From assembly GCA_965238175.1 (NCBI GenBank), contig CBDEGZ010000003.1, forward strand, positions 2,176,001-2,240,000: a DNA stretch of 64,000 bases, read 5' to 3'. Shown here one piece after another: positions 1-12,441 of the stretch. A program made the translations under genes and the position numbers. The DNA is from Gammaproteobacteria bacterium. GTDB lineage: Bacteria > Pseudomonadota > Gammaproteobacteria > CAJXQU01. Below the pieces are notes generated by a model. That model had not been told where the DNA came from, did no database searches, and saw only the letters and a list, made by a program, of their open reading frames with translations. Every line of letters starts with the position of its first letter. The stretch's first letter is position 1.

Positions 1-36
1 TGTTTTTGTTCTTTAACTTTAGTAATTAAAAACACC

Positions 37-558
37 TCACTCCTTCAACCTTGGGATCAACTCAGCCAAATTACATGGCCGAGTTCTATAATCCAACTGA
101 TGCTGAATGATTTTATCCCAAGCAGTAGCACAAGCATTTGATGAGCCCGGCAGCACAAAAACATAAGTGCCATTTGCAACACCCGCAAGTGCTCTGGATT
201 GTAGTGAAGACGTTCCAATATCTTCTACTGAGATCTGTCTAAACATTTCACCAAAACCATCTAGCTGTTTATCAAAAAGTACACTGATCGCTTCTGGTGA
301 TCCATCTCTTCCAGTTACGCCTGTCCCGCCAGTTGTGAGAACAACATTGACATTTTGATCAGCGATCCAGCAGGCGACAGCAGCACGGATTTGATAGACA
401 TCATCAGGAACGACAATTTTATCCTGACAAATATGTCCAGCTTTTTCTAAACGTTTAACCAGTAACTTTCCTGATTTATCTTCCTTTTCTGATCGTGTGT
501 CACTGGCGGTGAGCACGCATATATTTAACGGTCTGAACTCTCTTTTTTTAGTTGCCAT
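37..558 (-). CDS. moaB: Molybdenum cofactor biosynthesis protein B
   Basis: Motifs VLTASDTR, TTGGTGVTGRD, GFGEMFR, LPGS..AC and RPCN. ATG at 558 (MATKKREF) is preferred over the ORF-track start at 618. Confidence 0.93.
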   Translation of the reverse strand: MATKKREFRPLNICVLTASDTRSEKEDKSGKLLVKRLEKAGHICQDKIVVPDDVYQIRAAVACWIADQNVNVVLTTGGTGVTGRDGSPEAISVLFDKQLDGFGEMFRQISVEDIGTSSLQSRALAGVANGTYVFVLPGSSNACATAWDKIIQHQLDYRTRPCNLAELIPRLKE

Positions 559-723
559 TATTTTTCCAATATCGCGAAAGTTATTTCGCTCCCACGCTGT
601 GTTGAAAACATGCTCCATCGGTCATTTATAAAGCATAAACTCCCTCTTTGCGCGTGTTTTCGCCTTGCCTGAAAACTAAATATTCTTCCGTGCATATATT
701 TCTCTTTATTTCATTAAGTTAAC

Positions 724-2580
<1,857 letters not shown>

Positions 2581-2612
2581 TCATGGATTGGGAACGATTT
2601 GATGCCGCTAGA

Positions 2613-2692
2613 GTAGCTTCCCTACGTCGGTTTTAACCGAATCAGGTTCAAAGGGTGAATCTCAGCTCGTCTTATCGAGCACCCCTAGCTGC
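2613..2692 (-). ncRNA. TPP (THI-box) riboswitch
   Basis: The minus strand reads CTAGGGGTGC...GCTGAGAT.CACCCTTTGAACCTGATTCGGTTAAAACCGACGTAGGGAAGC, matching the TPP consensus, directly upstream of thiC. Confidence 0.95.
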
Positions 2693-2746
2693 AAGTCGTT
2701 TTGAAGCGCTATAATAGCACGCTAATACAACACACGATAACGATAT

Positions 2747-3406
2747 ATGATGAATATAGAACAAGCTCGTTTTAATATGGTGGAACAACAGATCCGCCCA
2801 TGGGATGTTGTTGATCAAAAGGTACTCGACTTGATCACAAATACACCACGTGAGAAATTTGTTTCCGATCAATACCAACACCTGGCTTTTTCTGACACCA
2901 ACATTCCATTGGGTCATGATCAAATTATGATGACACCAAAATTTGAAGCCAGAATGCTACAAGCTTTAGAGATCCAGACTGATGAAGAGATCCTTGAAAT
3001 CGGCACTGGCAGCGGCTATGTAACAGCATTGTTAGCACAACTAGGTAAGCATGTTACAAGCGAAGAAATTTTTGCAGATTTTTCTAACAAAGCGGCAGAA
3101 CGAATATCGGCGATAAACCTAACCAATAATGTAACCTTGAACGTCACAGATTCTACCAAGAAACGTAAATTTTATAATCGCTATGATGTGATTGTAGTAA
3201 CAGGCTCAATGCCAGAATATGATCCCATTTTTCAAGAACAATTATCCATCGGTGGACGCTTATTTATCATCGTTGGAGAATCCCCTGTAATGGAAGCACT
3301 TTTAATAGAACGACTTTCAGAACGAGAATGGCAAAAGCAGATCTTATTAGAAACAAATTTACCAGCCTTGTTGGGACTATCTACTCCTAGTAAATTCGTT
3401 CTCTAA
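2747..3406 (+). CDS. pcm: Protein-L-isoaspartate O-methyltransferase family protein
   Basis: ARFNMVEQQIRPW, SAM motif LEIGTGSGY, YDVIVVTGS. Confidence 0.88.
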   Translation: MMNIEQARFNMVEQQIRPWDVVDQKVLDLITNTPREKFVSDQYQHLAFSDTNIPLGHDQIMMTPKFEARMLQALEIQTDEEILEIGTGSGYVTALLAQLGKHVTSEEIFADFSNKAAERISAINLTNNVTLNVTDSTKKRKFYNRYDVIVVTGSMPEYDPIFQEQLSIGGRLFIIVGESPVMEALLIERLSEREWQKQILLETNLPALLGLSTPSKFVL

Positions 3407-3425
3407 CGCACTTTAACATATACTG

Positions 3426-3746
3426 ATGGACTCCATAACGGTTACCCAACTTTCCAATCTAATCAAAGATCCAGAAGCAGAAATCATCATTGTCGATGTG
3501 CGCGAAGAATCGGAGCTTGAAATTTGTAAAATTGAACCCAGCTTACATATTCCCATGGGCAATATCCCAAACTCGCTCGATCAATTAGAATTTAATTTGC
3601 CGATTATCGTTTATTGTCATCATGGTCTTCGCAGCTTGCAGGTCGCTCATTTTTTAGACAATCAGGGATTTATCCATGTTTTGAATTTGGAGGGTGGCAT
3701 CAATGCATGGGCTCAGAATGTTGACCCTACGATGGCAAAGTATTAA
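3426..3746 (+). CDS. Rhodanese-like sulfurtransferase
   Basis: DVRE..E, active-site loop YCHHGLRS, NLEGGINAW. Confidence 0.9.
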   Translation: MDSITVTQLSNLIKDPEAEIIIVDVREESELEICKIEPSLHIPMGNIPNSLDQLEFNLPIIVYCHHGLRSLQVAHFLDNQGFIHVLNLEGGINAWAQNVDPTMAKY

Positions 3747-3919
3747 ATGAGAAAATTTTTAACACTAACAACAAGACTTCTTACCGTTTTATTTTTCTCT
3801 CCCGTTTTTGCACAACCTCAAAACGAAAACTTGCTCTAAAAAATGATCTCAAAATCAGAGCGCAACAAGCGTCACTTGAAACAGAACTCAAAACCCGTTT
3901 TCAAGCAAAGGTATACTAG
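3747..3919 (+). pseudogene. tolC: N-terminal remnant of a TolC-type outer membrane channel
   Basis: An ATG right after the rhodanese stop gives the signal peptide MRKFLTLTTRLLTVLFFSPVFA, then ENLL*. A shifted frame gives LALKNDLKIRAQQASLETELKTRFQAK, resembling the TolC N-terminus. The pcm-rhodanese-tolC-waaA gene order is common. Confidence 0.6.
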
Positions 3920-3968
3920 AAGACATAGAACAAATAAACTCGCTTTTATCAGCTAAACAAATTTCAAA

Positions 3969-4553
3969 ATGACCCACTCTACAAACAATACCTCAAACAA
4001 TGTCTTATGCGATGTAAATAACAGCGTATTAGTCATCATTGATATTCAAACAAGATTAGGTAGCGCAATGCCGGCGAAGGTATTAAATCGCGTGATTGAG
4101 AATAGTGCTTTTTTGATCAAATCTGCTAATTTTCTCGGCGTACCCGTTATTGCAACAGCTCAATATCCAAAAGGTCTAGGCGGGATTGTTGAAGAAATTA
4201 ATGACAATCTTTCTGACTCGTCTCATTACGTTGAGAAAACGTGTTTTTCTTGCTGTGGTTCAGATAAATTCATGCAGACATTGAAAGAAAGTGGGCGTCG
4301 ACAAGTTATTCTAACGGGAATGGAGACACATGTTTGTGTTCTACAAACAGCCATAGAATTACAAGAAAATAGTTACGATGTTTTTACTGTCAGTGATGCA
4401 ATCTGTTCACGACGATCAGATAACTATCACAATGCAATTGAACGGCTGAGTTTATTAAATATTCAACAGACCAACTCAGAATCGGTTGCTTTTGAGTGGC
4501 TACGCGATGCTAAAAACCAACACTTTAAAAAAATCTCAAGTTGGTTAAGGTAA
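3969..4553 (+). CDS. Isochorismatase-family cysteine hydrolase
   Basis: IIDIQ, QYPKGLG, EKTCFSC, GMETHVCVLQT, SESVAFEWL. Confidence 0.9.
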   Translation: MTHSTNNTSNNVLCDVNNSVLVIIDIQTRLGSAMPAKVLNRVIENSAFLIKSANFLGVPVIATAQYPKGLGGIVEEINDNLSDSSHYVEKTCFSCCGSDKFMQTLKESGRRQVILTGMETHVCVLQTAIELQENSYDVFTVSDAICSRRSDNYHNAIERLSLLNIQQTNSESVAFEWLRDAKNQHFKKISSWLR

Positions 4554-4574
4554 ACTCGAAATTTATCCCCTTAT

Positions 4575-5042
4575 CTACCGTATTAAAGAAGAAAGAATTT
4601 CCTGCACCGATAGCTCACCACTTTTTGAAAATGGAATCTGTCCAACCGACGTTTCCACACCACCACTAAAATTATAATTAGCCTGTCGTTTAGTAAATAC
4701 GCTTTTTGCAGCTTCGATCAATGCATTTTGATCTAATTGCACTGGAACAGTAACTGTTTGCGTTGTATTCGCAGTCAAACTTTTATCACTACTCACATCA
4801 AGACTACCAATAGCTAACTTATTCAAACTCATATTTCCACTCAAACCTGTCAGCGGCAAAGTAAAGGGATTAGGGTTAAATAAGTCGACCTCAAAGACCA
4901 CCTTCTTATCCTGTGCTGAAAACGATTTAAGTCGAATATTTTTCACCTGTGGCGGCTCAATAAACTGTTGAATCATTTCCGAACCACAACCCAATAAACT
5001 CATTGAAAATAATACAATTACAAATATTTTTTTCATCCTCAC
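4575..5042 (-). CDS. LEA type 2 / WHy-domain lipoprotein
   Basis: Lipobox LLGC and NPNPF motif. Confidence 0.8.
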   Translation of the reverse strand: MRMKKIFVIVLFSMSLLGCGSEMIQQFIEPPQVKNIRLKSFSAQDKKVVFEVDLFNPNPFTLPLTGLSGNMSLNKLAIGSLDVSSDKSLTANTTQTVTVPVQLDQNALIEAAKSVFTKRQANYNFSGGVETSVGQIPFSKSGELSVQEILSSLIR

Positions 5043-5119
5043 CTCTCCTTAATTACGGATATTTTAAATGTTTTTCATTAATAAAGTATGAATCCAAGAC
5101 CTTAAATTTTTTGTAACGA

Positions 5120-6424
5120 TTAACTATCTTTTATCTCTAATAGCTCTTTGATTAAATCCATATGCTTTTGTGTTGAACCCTGGTTTCTTTCCACAAGATC
5201 TTTCGCACGTTTTCCTATCGCAAATCGTTCCTGCTCATTTTGTAAATATGATACTATTTTTTCAGTGAGTTCATCCGTATTATTTATACAAACTACTGCA
5301 TTCTCATCAACAAAGGTTTGAAATATTTTTTCTATTTTAAATGTATGTGGTCCCATAATGACGGGAACGCCTAGACTCACAGGCTCAAGTAAATTATGGC
5401 CACCAATTTCTGCAAGGCTACCACCGACAAATGCAACATCTGCCGCGCCATAGCACAACAGTAAATCACCCATCGTATCAGCCAGGTAAACCTGGTTATT
5501 AGCTTGTTGTTGTTCATTATTTTTCTCAAGGCTACGCCGACCAGTTTTAAACTTCGATTTTTCACATAGCGCATATACGTGATCAAACCGCTCTGGATGC
5601 CGTGGTACTAGGATGAGTAAACAGTCTGGGATTTTTTTAATGATTTGTTTGTGTGCCACAAGTACTTTTTCTTCTTCACCTTCGTGTGTACTGGCAGCAA
5701 TCCAGACAGGTCTTTTTGATCCAAAATTTTCTCGCAATTCAAAAGATCTTTTTTCTATATCCACAGGTAGTTTTTGATCAAACTTTAGACTACCAGAAAC
5801 AACTACATTATCTGTTTTAGCTCCCAAAGAAATGATCCGTTTCGCATCTTGATCTGTTTGAGCTGCAACTGCATTCAATTTCGAGAAAGTAGGCTTTGAT
5901 AGTGATGAAAGTCGTTGATAGCCTTTTGCTGATCGTTCTGACATTCTGGCATTTGCTATCATTATTGAAATATTTTTTTGATCACAAACATGGATAAAAT
6001 TTGGCCAAACTTCTGTTTCCATAATGATTATTAAATCTGGATTTGCTTTTCTTATAAAACGACTTATTAAAATAGTTAAATCATAAGGAATATAAAAATG
6101 TTTTATCCGTTTATCAAACTGAACTGGATAACGTCGTGCAACTGTCTCTGCTCCTGTTGGCGTAGTAGTAGTCATTATGATTTGAAGATCAGAATATTCT
6201 GTAAACAACTTTTTAACCAAAGGAGCCGTTGCTTCAACTTCTCCAACAGAAACCGCATGGATCCAGATTACTTTTTGAGAATTATTATTTTTTATTTCAG
6301 GAATAATAGCCAACCGCTCTTTCCAGCGCTGACGATACATTGGATTTAGACGACCCTTAAAATACAACCGTCCAAAAATAACAGGAAGTGCAAGGAAGAG
6401 CAGAAATGAATAAAGTCTGCGCAT
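5120..6424 (-). CDS. waaA: Kdo transferase
   Basis: WIHAVSVGE, ETEVWPN, AASTHEGEE, VPRHPER, GGHNLLEP. Confidence 0.96.
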   Translation of the reverse strand: MRRLYSFLLFLALPVIFGRLYFKGRLNPMYRQRWKERLAIIPEIKNNNSQKVIWIHAVSVGEVEATAPLVKKLFTEYSDLQIIMTTTTPTGAETVARRYPVQFDKRIKHFYIPYDLTILISRFIRKANPDLIIIMETEVWPNFIHVCDQKNISIMIANARMSERSAKGYQRLSSLSKPTFSKLNAVAAQTDQDAKRIISLGAKTDNVVVSGSLKFDQKLPVDIEKRSFELRENFGSKRPVWIAASTHEGEEEKVLVAHKQIIKKIPDCLLILVPRHPERFDHVYALCEKSKFKTGRRSLEKNNEQQQANNQVYLADTMGDLLLCYGAADVAFVGGSLAEIGGHNLLEPVSLGVPVIMGPHTFKIEKIFQTFVDENAVVCINNTDELTEKIVSYLQNEQERFAIGKRAKDLVERNQGSTQKHMDLIKELLEIKDS

Positions 6425-6433
6425 ATTAGAAGA

Positions 6434-7369
6434 TCAACTATTGATCAAATCGAGATACGCTTTTGTACCTTCTTCTACAGTTTTAAATTCAGAAGCATAT
6501 CCAACTGAACGAAGATCAGAAATATCTGCTTGAGTAAAACTTTGATAACGACCGACTAAATGTTCAGGGAATGGAATATATTCTAATTCACCTTTGCCAT
6601 GCCATGCTAAAACAGCATTAGCAACATCATTAAAAGTTTGGGCACGACCCGATCCCAAATTAAAAATACCACTTACATTTGAATTTTCCATTAGCCACTG
6701 GTTCACATCGACAACATCTCCAACATAAACAAAATCACGTTGTTGTTCACCATCAGCATAACCATCGCAACCTTCAAATAATTTTATTTTCCCAGTTTCT
6801 TTTATCTGATTATTCAAGTGCCATGCAACACTCGCCATACTACCTTTGTGTTGTTCGCGCGGCCCATAAACATTAAAGTATCTCAAACCGACAACCTGGC
6901 TATTTATTTTATGTTCATTCTGACGCACATATTGATCAAATAATAATTTTGAGTATCCATAAACATTTAGTGGTGCTTCATTCTCAGGTGTTTCCTTGAA
7001 GGTTTCATTGCCACCATAAACGGCAGCACTTGATGCATAAACGAAAGGGATCAATTTACCAACACAATATTCGAAAATATTTTTCGTGTAGGTGAAATTA
7101 TTTTCCATCATAAATTTCCCATCCCACTCTGTGGTGGTGGAACAAGCACCTTGATGAAAAATAATATCAATACGACCACTTAATTGATCTAACTTTTTAG
7201 TAAACTCGTCTTTATCAAAATAATCCATAATCGTGCAATCAGCGATGTTTTTAAATTTGGTTCCGTCGCTTAAATCATCGACAACGATAATATCTTCACG
7301 TCCCATTTCGTTAAGACGTTTTACTTGATTACTACCGATAAAACCGGCACCACCTGTAACAATAATCAT
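6434..7369 (-). CDS. hldD: ADP-L-glycero-D-manno-heptose 6-epimerase
   Basis: [56 protein letters not shown]. Confidence 0.97.
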   Translation of the reverse strand: MIIVTGGAGFIGSNQVKRLNEMGREDIIVVDDLSDGTKFKNIADCTIMDYFDKDEFTKKLDQLSGRIDIIFHQGACSTTTEWDGKFMMENNFTYTKNIFEYCVGKLIPFVYASSAAVYGGNETFKETPENEAPLNVYGYSKLLFDQYVRQNEHKINSQVVGLRYFNVYGPREQHKGSMASVAWHLNNQIKETGKIKLFEGCDGYADGEQQRDFVYVGDVVDVNQWLMENSNVSGIFNLGSGRAQTFNDVANAVLAWHGKGELEYIPFPEHLVGRYQSFTQADISDLRSVGYASEFKTVEEGTKAYLDLINS

Positions 7370-8805
7370 TTATCTTCACCTTGATTTTTTTGTGCAGTCT
7401 CGATCAATTTAGTGGTTGAATATCCATCAAGAAAATCTAGCACAATCACCTTCCCACCATTTTCTGAAACCTGCGTACCACCGGCAATTTCTTCTGGTTT
7501 GTAATCCCCACCTTTGACTAAAATATCTGGCAATAAATTACCAATTAATCTTTCTGGCGTATCTTCAGAAAAAGGCACCACCCAATCGACGCATGACAAA
7601 GCTTCAAGGACTTTCATTCTATCATTGAGAACATTTAATGGTCTTGTTTCACCTTTTAACTTTTGTACTGAAGCGTCATCATTCACGGCAATAATTAAAC
7701 GGTCACCCAATGCTCGTGCCTTTTCCAAGTAGTTAATATGTCCAGCGTGCAAAATATCAAAACATCCATTTGTCATGACAATGGTTTCACCACGTAGTCG
7801 TGCAGCTTCCATTTGAACGATCATTTGTTCTTCATTGACTGTACCAGTATCTTCCTTGCGCGGTTCATGCAAAGCAGTATGTAATTCTTCCAAAGTAACC
7901 GTTGCGGTTCCGAGTTTTGCCACGACTAATCCCGCGGCAGTATTCGCTAATGCAGTCGCGTGCAATAGGGTTCCACCTGCAGCTAATGCGCTTGCAAGTG
8001 TTGCAATAACTGTATCTCCTGCGCCAGTTACGTCAAAAACCTCTGCCGCACGGGCCGGAAAATGCGCTGACTCTTCAGTAGGCTGAATAAGTGTCATGCC
8101 ATGTTCTCCGCGTGTTACTAGTAAAGCATCAAGCTTAAGATCTTTACAAAGCTTATTACCCTTAGTAACTATTTCTTCCACGTTCTGACATTCACCAACA
8201 ACGGCCGTAAACTCACCAAAATTGGGTGTTATTAAGGTAGCATTTTTATATTTTTGAAAGTCACTTCCTTTTGGATCAACGATGACTTTTTTTCCAGCCT
8301 TGCTGGCTATCTCGATCAATTCTTCTACGTTAGTTAAGCAACCTTTAGCATAATCCGACAAGATAACAACATCGATTTCTTCAAGTAGCTTTCGATATTT
8401 TTTGATCAGTTTTTCATGATCATACTTGATTGAAGTAGATTCAAAATCCAGGCGGATCAATTGTTGATGCTGACTCAATACGCGAAGCTTTGTGATCGTT
8501 GGAAAATCTTTCAATTGTGAAAAGTGGCAATCTACCCCTGATTGTCCAAGCTTATGCTCCAATACATCTGACGCTTCATCTTCACCGGTCAATCCCATCA
8601 AGGAGGCATGGGCACCCAAACTTGCAATGTTTAAGGCTACATTTCCAGCACCTCCAGGACGTTCCTCGATCTTTTCAATTCTAACAACAGGCACTGGCGC
8701 TTCCGGTGAGACGCGTTGCGTTGGCCCCGACCAGTATCGATCAAGAATAATGTCTCCAACAACGAGAATGCGGCTAGATTCAAATGGGAGATATGTAGAA
8801 AGCAT
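7366..8805 (-). CDS. hldE: Bifunctional heptose-7-phosphate kinase / heptose-1-phosphate adenylyltransferase
   Basis: SPEAPVPV and DVTGAGDT (PfkB kinase), followed by [12 protein letters not shown] and KGGDY. Confidence 0.97.
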   Translation of the reverse strand: MLSTYLPFESSRILVVGDIILDRYWSGPTQRVSPEAPVPVVRIEKIEERPGGAGNVALNIASLGAHASLMGLTGEDEASDVLEHKLGQSGVDCHFSQLKDFPTITKLRVLSQHQQLIRLDFESTSIKYDHEKLIKKYRKLLEEIDVVILSDYAKGCLTNVEELIEIASKAGKKVIVDPKGSDFQKYKNATLITPNFGEFTAVVGECQNVEEIVTKGNKLCKDLKLDALLVTRGEHGMTLIQPTEESAHFPARAAEVFDVTGAGDTVIATLASALAAGGTLLHATALANTAAGLVVAKLGTATVTLEELHTALHEPRKEDTGTVNEEQMIVQMEAARLRGETIVMTNGCFDILHAGHINYLEKARALGDRLIIAVNDDASVQKLKGETRPLNVLNDRMKVLEALSCVDWVVPFSEDTPERLIGNLLPDILVKGGDYKPEEIAGGTQVSENGGKVIVLDFLDGYSTTKLIETAQKNQGEDK

Positions 8806-8842
8806 GAAACTATGGCAAAATGGAAAAGTCGAATTCTACCAT

Positions 8843-9598
8843 ATGCCTATGAAACAATACTTATTTCCTGTCATTTTAACGTTTCTCATCAATATCTCCG
8901 CCCAGGCCGAATTGCCTGGGTCATTCTCAGCTGTTTATACGCTCCATTACGACGATCTTCGTGTTGGTATTATGGAACGTCACTATATAGATAAGAAAGA
9001 TGGCACAGGCACTTTTGAGTCGTTTGGAAAATTAACCGGTTTGGCTGCACTCTTTCGTAAAGATCAAATAAATGAAAGTAGTCGTTGGGAGATGAAGCAC
9101 GGAATGTTACGCCCTGTTGTTTATAAATATGAAAAGACTGGCGGTGACAAGGTGAAAAAGGAAGTACATCGTTTTGACTGGAAGAAAAACACCGTCACCA
9201 GTGTTACTGATTCAGGTAAAAACCAATTAGCCTTAAAACCTGGCCTGTTAGATAAACTACTCTATCAACTGGCAGTTATGCAGATTGAAGATCCAAAAGC
9301 AGGACTAAGTTATAATTTGATCGATGGTACTGATCTGAAAAATTATCAGTTTGAGTTTATGGGGGAAGAAGAATTATCAACCCCAATGGGTAAATTAAAG
9401 GCTTTTAAGTTTCAACGTAAACGAGACAATAAAAAACCCAAAGAGCAGACGAATGATTTAACAAATAAAAGTGCTAAACGAAGCACAATTATCTGGTGTG
9501 CTCCGTCCTTGCATTACTTACCGATTCGGGTTGACAATATCGACAAAAAAGGCCATCTGACCTCTATTGTTATTAAAAGTGTCAAAGGTCTGAATTAA
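8843..9598 (+). CDS. DUF3108-like exported protein
   Basis: Signal peptide after ATG 8843/8849, with motifs G.LDKL.YQL, GEEELSTPMG and W.APSLHYLPIR. The ORF-track extension to 8492 overlaps hldE and is unlikely. Confidence 0.7.
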   Translation: MPMKQYLFPVILTFLINISAQAELPGSFSAVYTLHYDDLRVGIMERHYIDKKDGTGTFESFGKLTGLAALFRKDQINESSRWEMKHGMLRPVVYKYEKTGGDKVKKEVHRFDWKKNTVTSVTDSGKNQLALKPGLLDKLLYQLAVMQIEDPKAGLSYNLIDGTDLKNYQFEFMGEEELSTPMGKLKAFKFQRKRDNKKPKEQTNDLTNKSAKRSTIIWCAPSLHYLPIRVDNIDKKGHLTSIVIKSVKGLN

Positions 9599-9636
9599 AT
9601 TAACAACACACAGGATTAATCATCATGATCTATTAT

Positions 9637-10371
9637 TTATAATCCGCCCTTAAAAAATCGAACCAGTTCTTCAGCAGGAATGTAACCACCCATTTCTTTG
9701 CCCGTAGACAAATAAACAGAAGGTGTGCCACGCACACCCATTGATTTACCCATATTATATTGATCTGCAACGCGGCTATCACACACCGCCGGATCTATAT
9801 TTTGACCAGATTTTGCAGCTGTTAAAGCTGACTTTTTATCATCCGCGCACCAGGCTGATTCAGCTGCAGTATAAGCAGATGACTCTAATCCAGCTCGAGG
9901 AAACGCAAGATAACGAACCGCAATGCCATTATCATTAAGTGTCTTCATCTGATTATGAAATTTTTGACAGTAACCACAATCAATATCAGTGTAAACGTAG
10001 AGGACATGTTCAGTTTTTTCAGGAGCGTATTCGATCAGTTTATTTACATCAATATTTTCAAAAGTCGTACCTCTCGCAGCCATTCGAGTATTCTCAGTTA
10101 AATTTTGTCGATCAACCAAATCCATTAAATCGCCTTCAAAAACATAGCGACCATCGTCCGACATATAAACAACCTTGCCATTATCAAAAACGATTTCATA
10201 CAAACCAGCTACTGGTGTAGGTGTAATCGAGTTCAATACAACATTCTCGCCGAGCACTTCTTTAATTTTTCCCGTGAGCATTTTTTCCGTTTCCGGATTT
10301 GTCTCTGCATGTGCAGAAGTAATCAACGTAGCCGTGAACAACAACGCGATAATTAATTTAAGTTTTTGCAT
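9637..10371 (-). CDS. dsbC: Thiol:disulfide isomerase
   Basis: Signal peptide, TPVAGLYE, TDIDCGYCQK, RYLAFPRAG, GVRGTP. Confidence 0.93.
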   Translation of the reverse strand: MQKLKLIIALLFTATLITSAHAETNPETEKMLTGKIKEVLGENVVLNSITPTPVAGLYEIVFDNGKVVYMSDDGRYVFEGDLMDLVDRQNLTENTRMAARGTTFENIDVNKLIEYAPEKTEHVLYVYTDIDCGYCQKFHNQMKTLNDNGIAVRYLAFPRAGLESSAYTAAESAWCADDKKSALTAAKSGQNIDPAVCDSRVADQYNMGKSMGVRGTPSVYLSTGKEMGGYIPAEELVRFFKGGL

Positions 10372-10512
10372 GTTTAAGGTGGCTCCTATAAATTTTTAGA
10401 TTGATCTAACAAGGCAAGTTTTATTCCTGAAAATACTTTATCAGCTAATTCTATCAGACTACAATTCCTATGGCAGGTTCCCTGAAGAAAATCACTGTAA
10501 CCTTAAATAAAA

Positions 10513-11904
10513 TTAATAGCGTTGCAGAACTTTAGTAATAAAATCTAAAAAACCAATGTCGTCATAACCAGATCCGACTAAATAAACAACCACAAAGACA
10601 ACTGTAACTATCCCAACTCCTATAATTAAAAACATAAAAATCCTTTCTATAAACTGGACAATATTCTTTAGAGTTATTGCTAATCCATTAATAAAATAAT
10701 TTATTGCAGCTATAAATCCAGAAATAACCTTTGAAAAAACAAGACTAATCAATCCAAAAAAAGAATGCTTTTCTGAATGGCCAGAAGGCGATCCTAAATT
10801 TTGTGCAAAATGCCTAGATCGTTTTTCTAGTAGAATTTGTCTTTCTAACTCGTTGCGCTTTGCATCTTCATTAATGACAGTCCTCAGTGCAGCAGGAAAA
10901 AACGCTTGCTCTGATGCTTCTATTTCCGCGACGTCTTCTGAAACTTCCGCAGCGACGACATCTTCTGAAACTTCCGCAGCGACGACATCTTCTGAAACTT
11001 CCGCAGCGACGACGTCTTCTGAAACTTCCGGAGCGACGACGTCTTCTGAAACTTCCGGAGCGACGACGTCTTCTGAAACTTTCGCAGCGACGACATCTTC
11101 TGAAACTTCCGGAGCTACGACGTCTTCTGAAACTTCCGGAGCTGTTGTATCCGGAAATCTATGTTTTTTGTGGCTGCGTATTACTCGAGCAATAAAATCA
11201 TCAGCAGCCTTTATAGCTCTAGTCAGCTCAAAAAGTGACGCTTTTTCAATTTTATCTTCAATCTGATGAGCAACTTGTAAACAATGCACCGATAGTTGTT
11301 TATACTTTTTAGCTCTAGTTGGAATAACAACAATATCTCGTTGTAAAATATCTGCCTGTTTTTTAAGTGTATGGACACGTTGTGTCAAAAGCATAATCGC
11401 TTCTTCTCGCAACTTAATTCTTTGAGCCTGTCGAAGATCTATACTTTTTTCGTATAACTCACTGGCCATGATGAGTAATTCTTCAATATCCGGTAAGGCA
11501 GCAATATCAACACTTTCTTTACAAACTGAGGCTATTTTCCGGCAATCTTCCGCAAGCAATTTAAATTCTGCTTTTAAACCAGGCCATCTACCTGCCTCTA
11601 GTTCAAGTCCTGTGGCTTCCTGTTTGAGGTGGTTAATCCGTAATTTTAACCGTAGACGACGGCCTTCTGTAAGAAAAGCATTCGCTGTTCTCAGAGACGA
11701 TAACTCTAGATCTCTATTGTTTTGTTGGCGATTTTGTTGAATTTTTTTAGCAGCGACACTGCAATCGGCCGAATGTTTCTTTAATGATCGTTCGTAATCC
11801 GGGAACTGTCGAGATAACTGATCAAAATAACGCACCTCGCTTTGTAGTTGTACGACAGCTTGTTCTATGTTTTGTACTTTGATATTTTGCTTACCTACCG
11901 ACAT
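10513..11904 (-). CDS. Hypothetical protein: helical/coiled-coil N-terminus, acidic 9-aa repeat linker, C-terminal membrane anchor
   Basis: 463-aa ORF with eight EVSEDVVA(P/A) repeats and a hydrophobic C-terminus. Confidence 0.7.
   Translation of the reverse strand: MSVGKQNIKVQNIEQAVVQLQSEVRYFDQLSRQFPDYERSLKKHSADCSVAAKKIQQNRQQNNRDLELSSLRTANAFLTEGRRLRLKLRINHLKQEATGLELEAGRWPGLKAEFKLLAEDCRKIASVCKESVDIAALPDIEELLIMASELYEKSIDLRQAQRIKLREEAIMLLTQRVHTLKKQADILQRDIVVIPTRAKKYKQLSVHCLQVAHQIEDKIEKASLFELTRAIKAADDFIARVIRSHKKHRFPDTTAPEVSEDVVAPEVSEDVVAAKVSEDVVAPEVSEDVVAPEVSEDVVAAEVSEDVVAAEVSEDVVAAEVSEDVAEIEASEQAFFPAALRTVINEDAKRNELERQILLEKRSRHFAQNLGSPSGHSEKHSFFGLISLVFSKVISGFIAAINYFINGLAITLKNIVQFIERIFMFLIIGVGIVTVVFVVVYLVGSGYDDIGFLDFITKVLQRY
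10927..11143. repeat. 27-bp tandem repeat (about 8 copies), coding VNTR
   Basis: Unit close to TCTTCTGAAACTTCCG(C/G)AGCGACGAC(A/G), repeated head-to-tail with no spacers. Confidence 0.95.
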
Positions 11905-12047
11905 TTTAGGCTTAATTATCTTCCTTTTATAATTGATTAATCCTTAGTGTAACTTATAATAATAAATAGTTAAAATATTGTTTTTTAATAAATATTAAAA
12001 AATTTTAGTACTAGATATCTAGTACTTCTCTATAGTGAGTTCTCCTA

Positions 12048-12441
12048 TTATTCACCCATACAAATCTGAAGAAATGCCTGAACGGCTCTAGAACGTAAAT
12101 CCTTTTTCGGTGCAATCAGGTTTAAGTGCCACATCAAACCATAAAGATGGATTGATTTTGAGTGGCACTAGTTCTGACGTTGCGTGACGTAGCGCTTGTA
12201 ATGAAGCAAAACTAATTCCAAGTTCAGCTCTTACAGAACCTAAAACGCCAGCAGCACCTTGTACTTCTATGTTTATAGGAGCGGTCTATTCCGTGATCGA
12301 CCAATGTCGATTCAATAAGTTGCCTCGCACCTGATTGAGATTCCCGCCATATGACCTGATACTCATTAAAAACCCTTTAAAGGCACTCCGTCGGGGGTAT
12401 TTTTTGATCAATTCGTGATCATCACGAACAACCAGAACTAT
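12048..12441 (-). pseudogene. Frameshifted duplicate of the 3' ~390 bp of the LysR gene at 27167-28063
   Basis: Near-identical to 27167-27556 in the same orientation, with scattered substitutions and three 1-bp insertions. Confidence 0.93.

Noticed and set aside
8492-8842. N-terminal extension of the DUF3108 ORF
   Set aside because: Overlaps hldE on the opposite strand; the signal peptide begins at 8843/8849.
10927-11143. Possible CRISPR array
   Set aside because: Units are contiguous with no unique spacers, keep a 9-codon frame inside an ORF, and no cas genes are nearby.
10853-11266. Ser/Thr-rich plus-strand ORF (and 10887-11195)
   Set aside because: Antisense shadow of the stop-free 27-bp repeat in the minus-strand gene.
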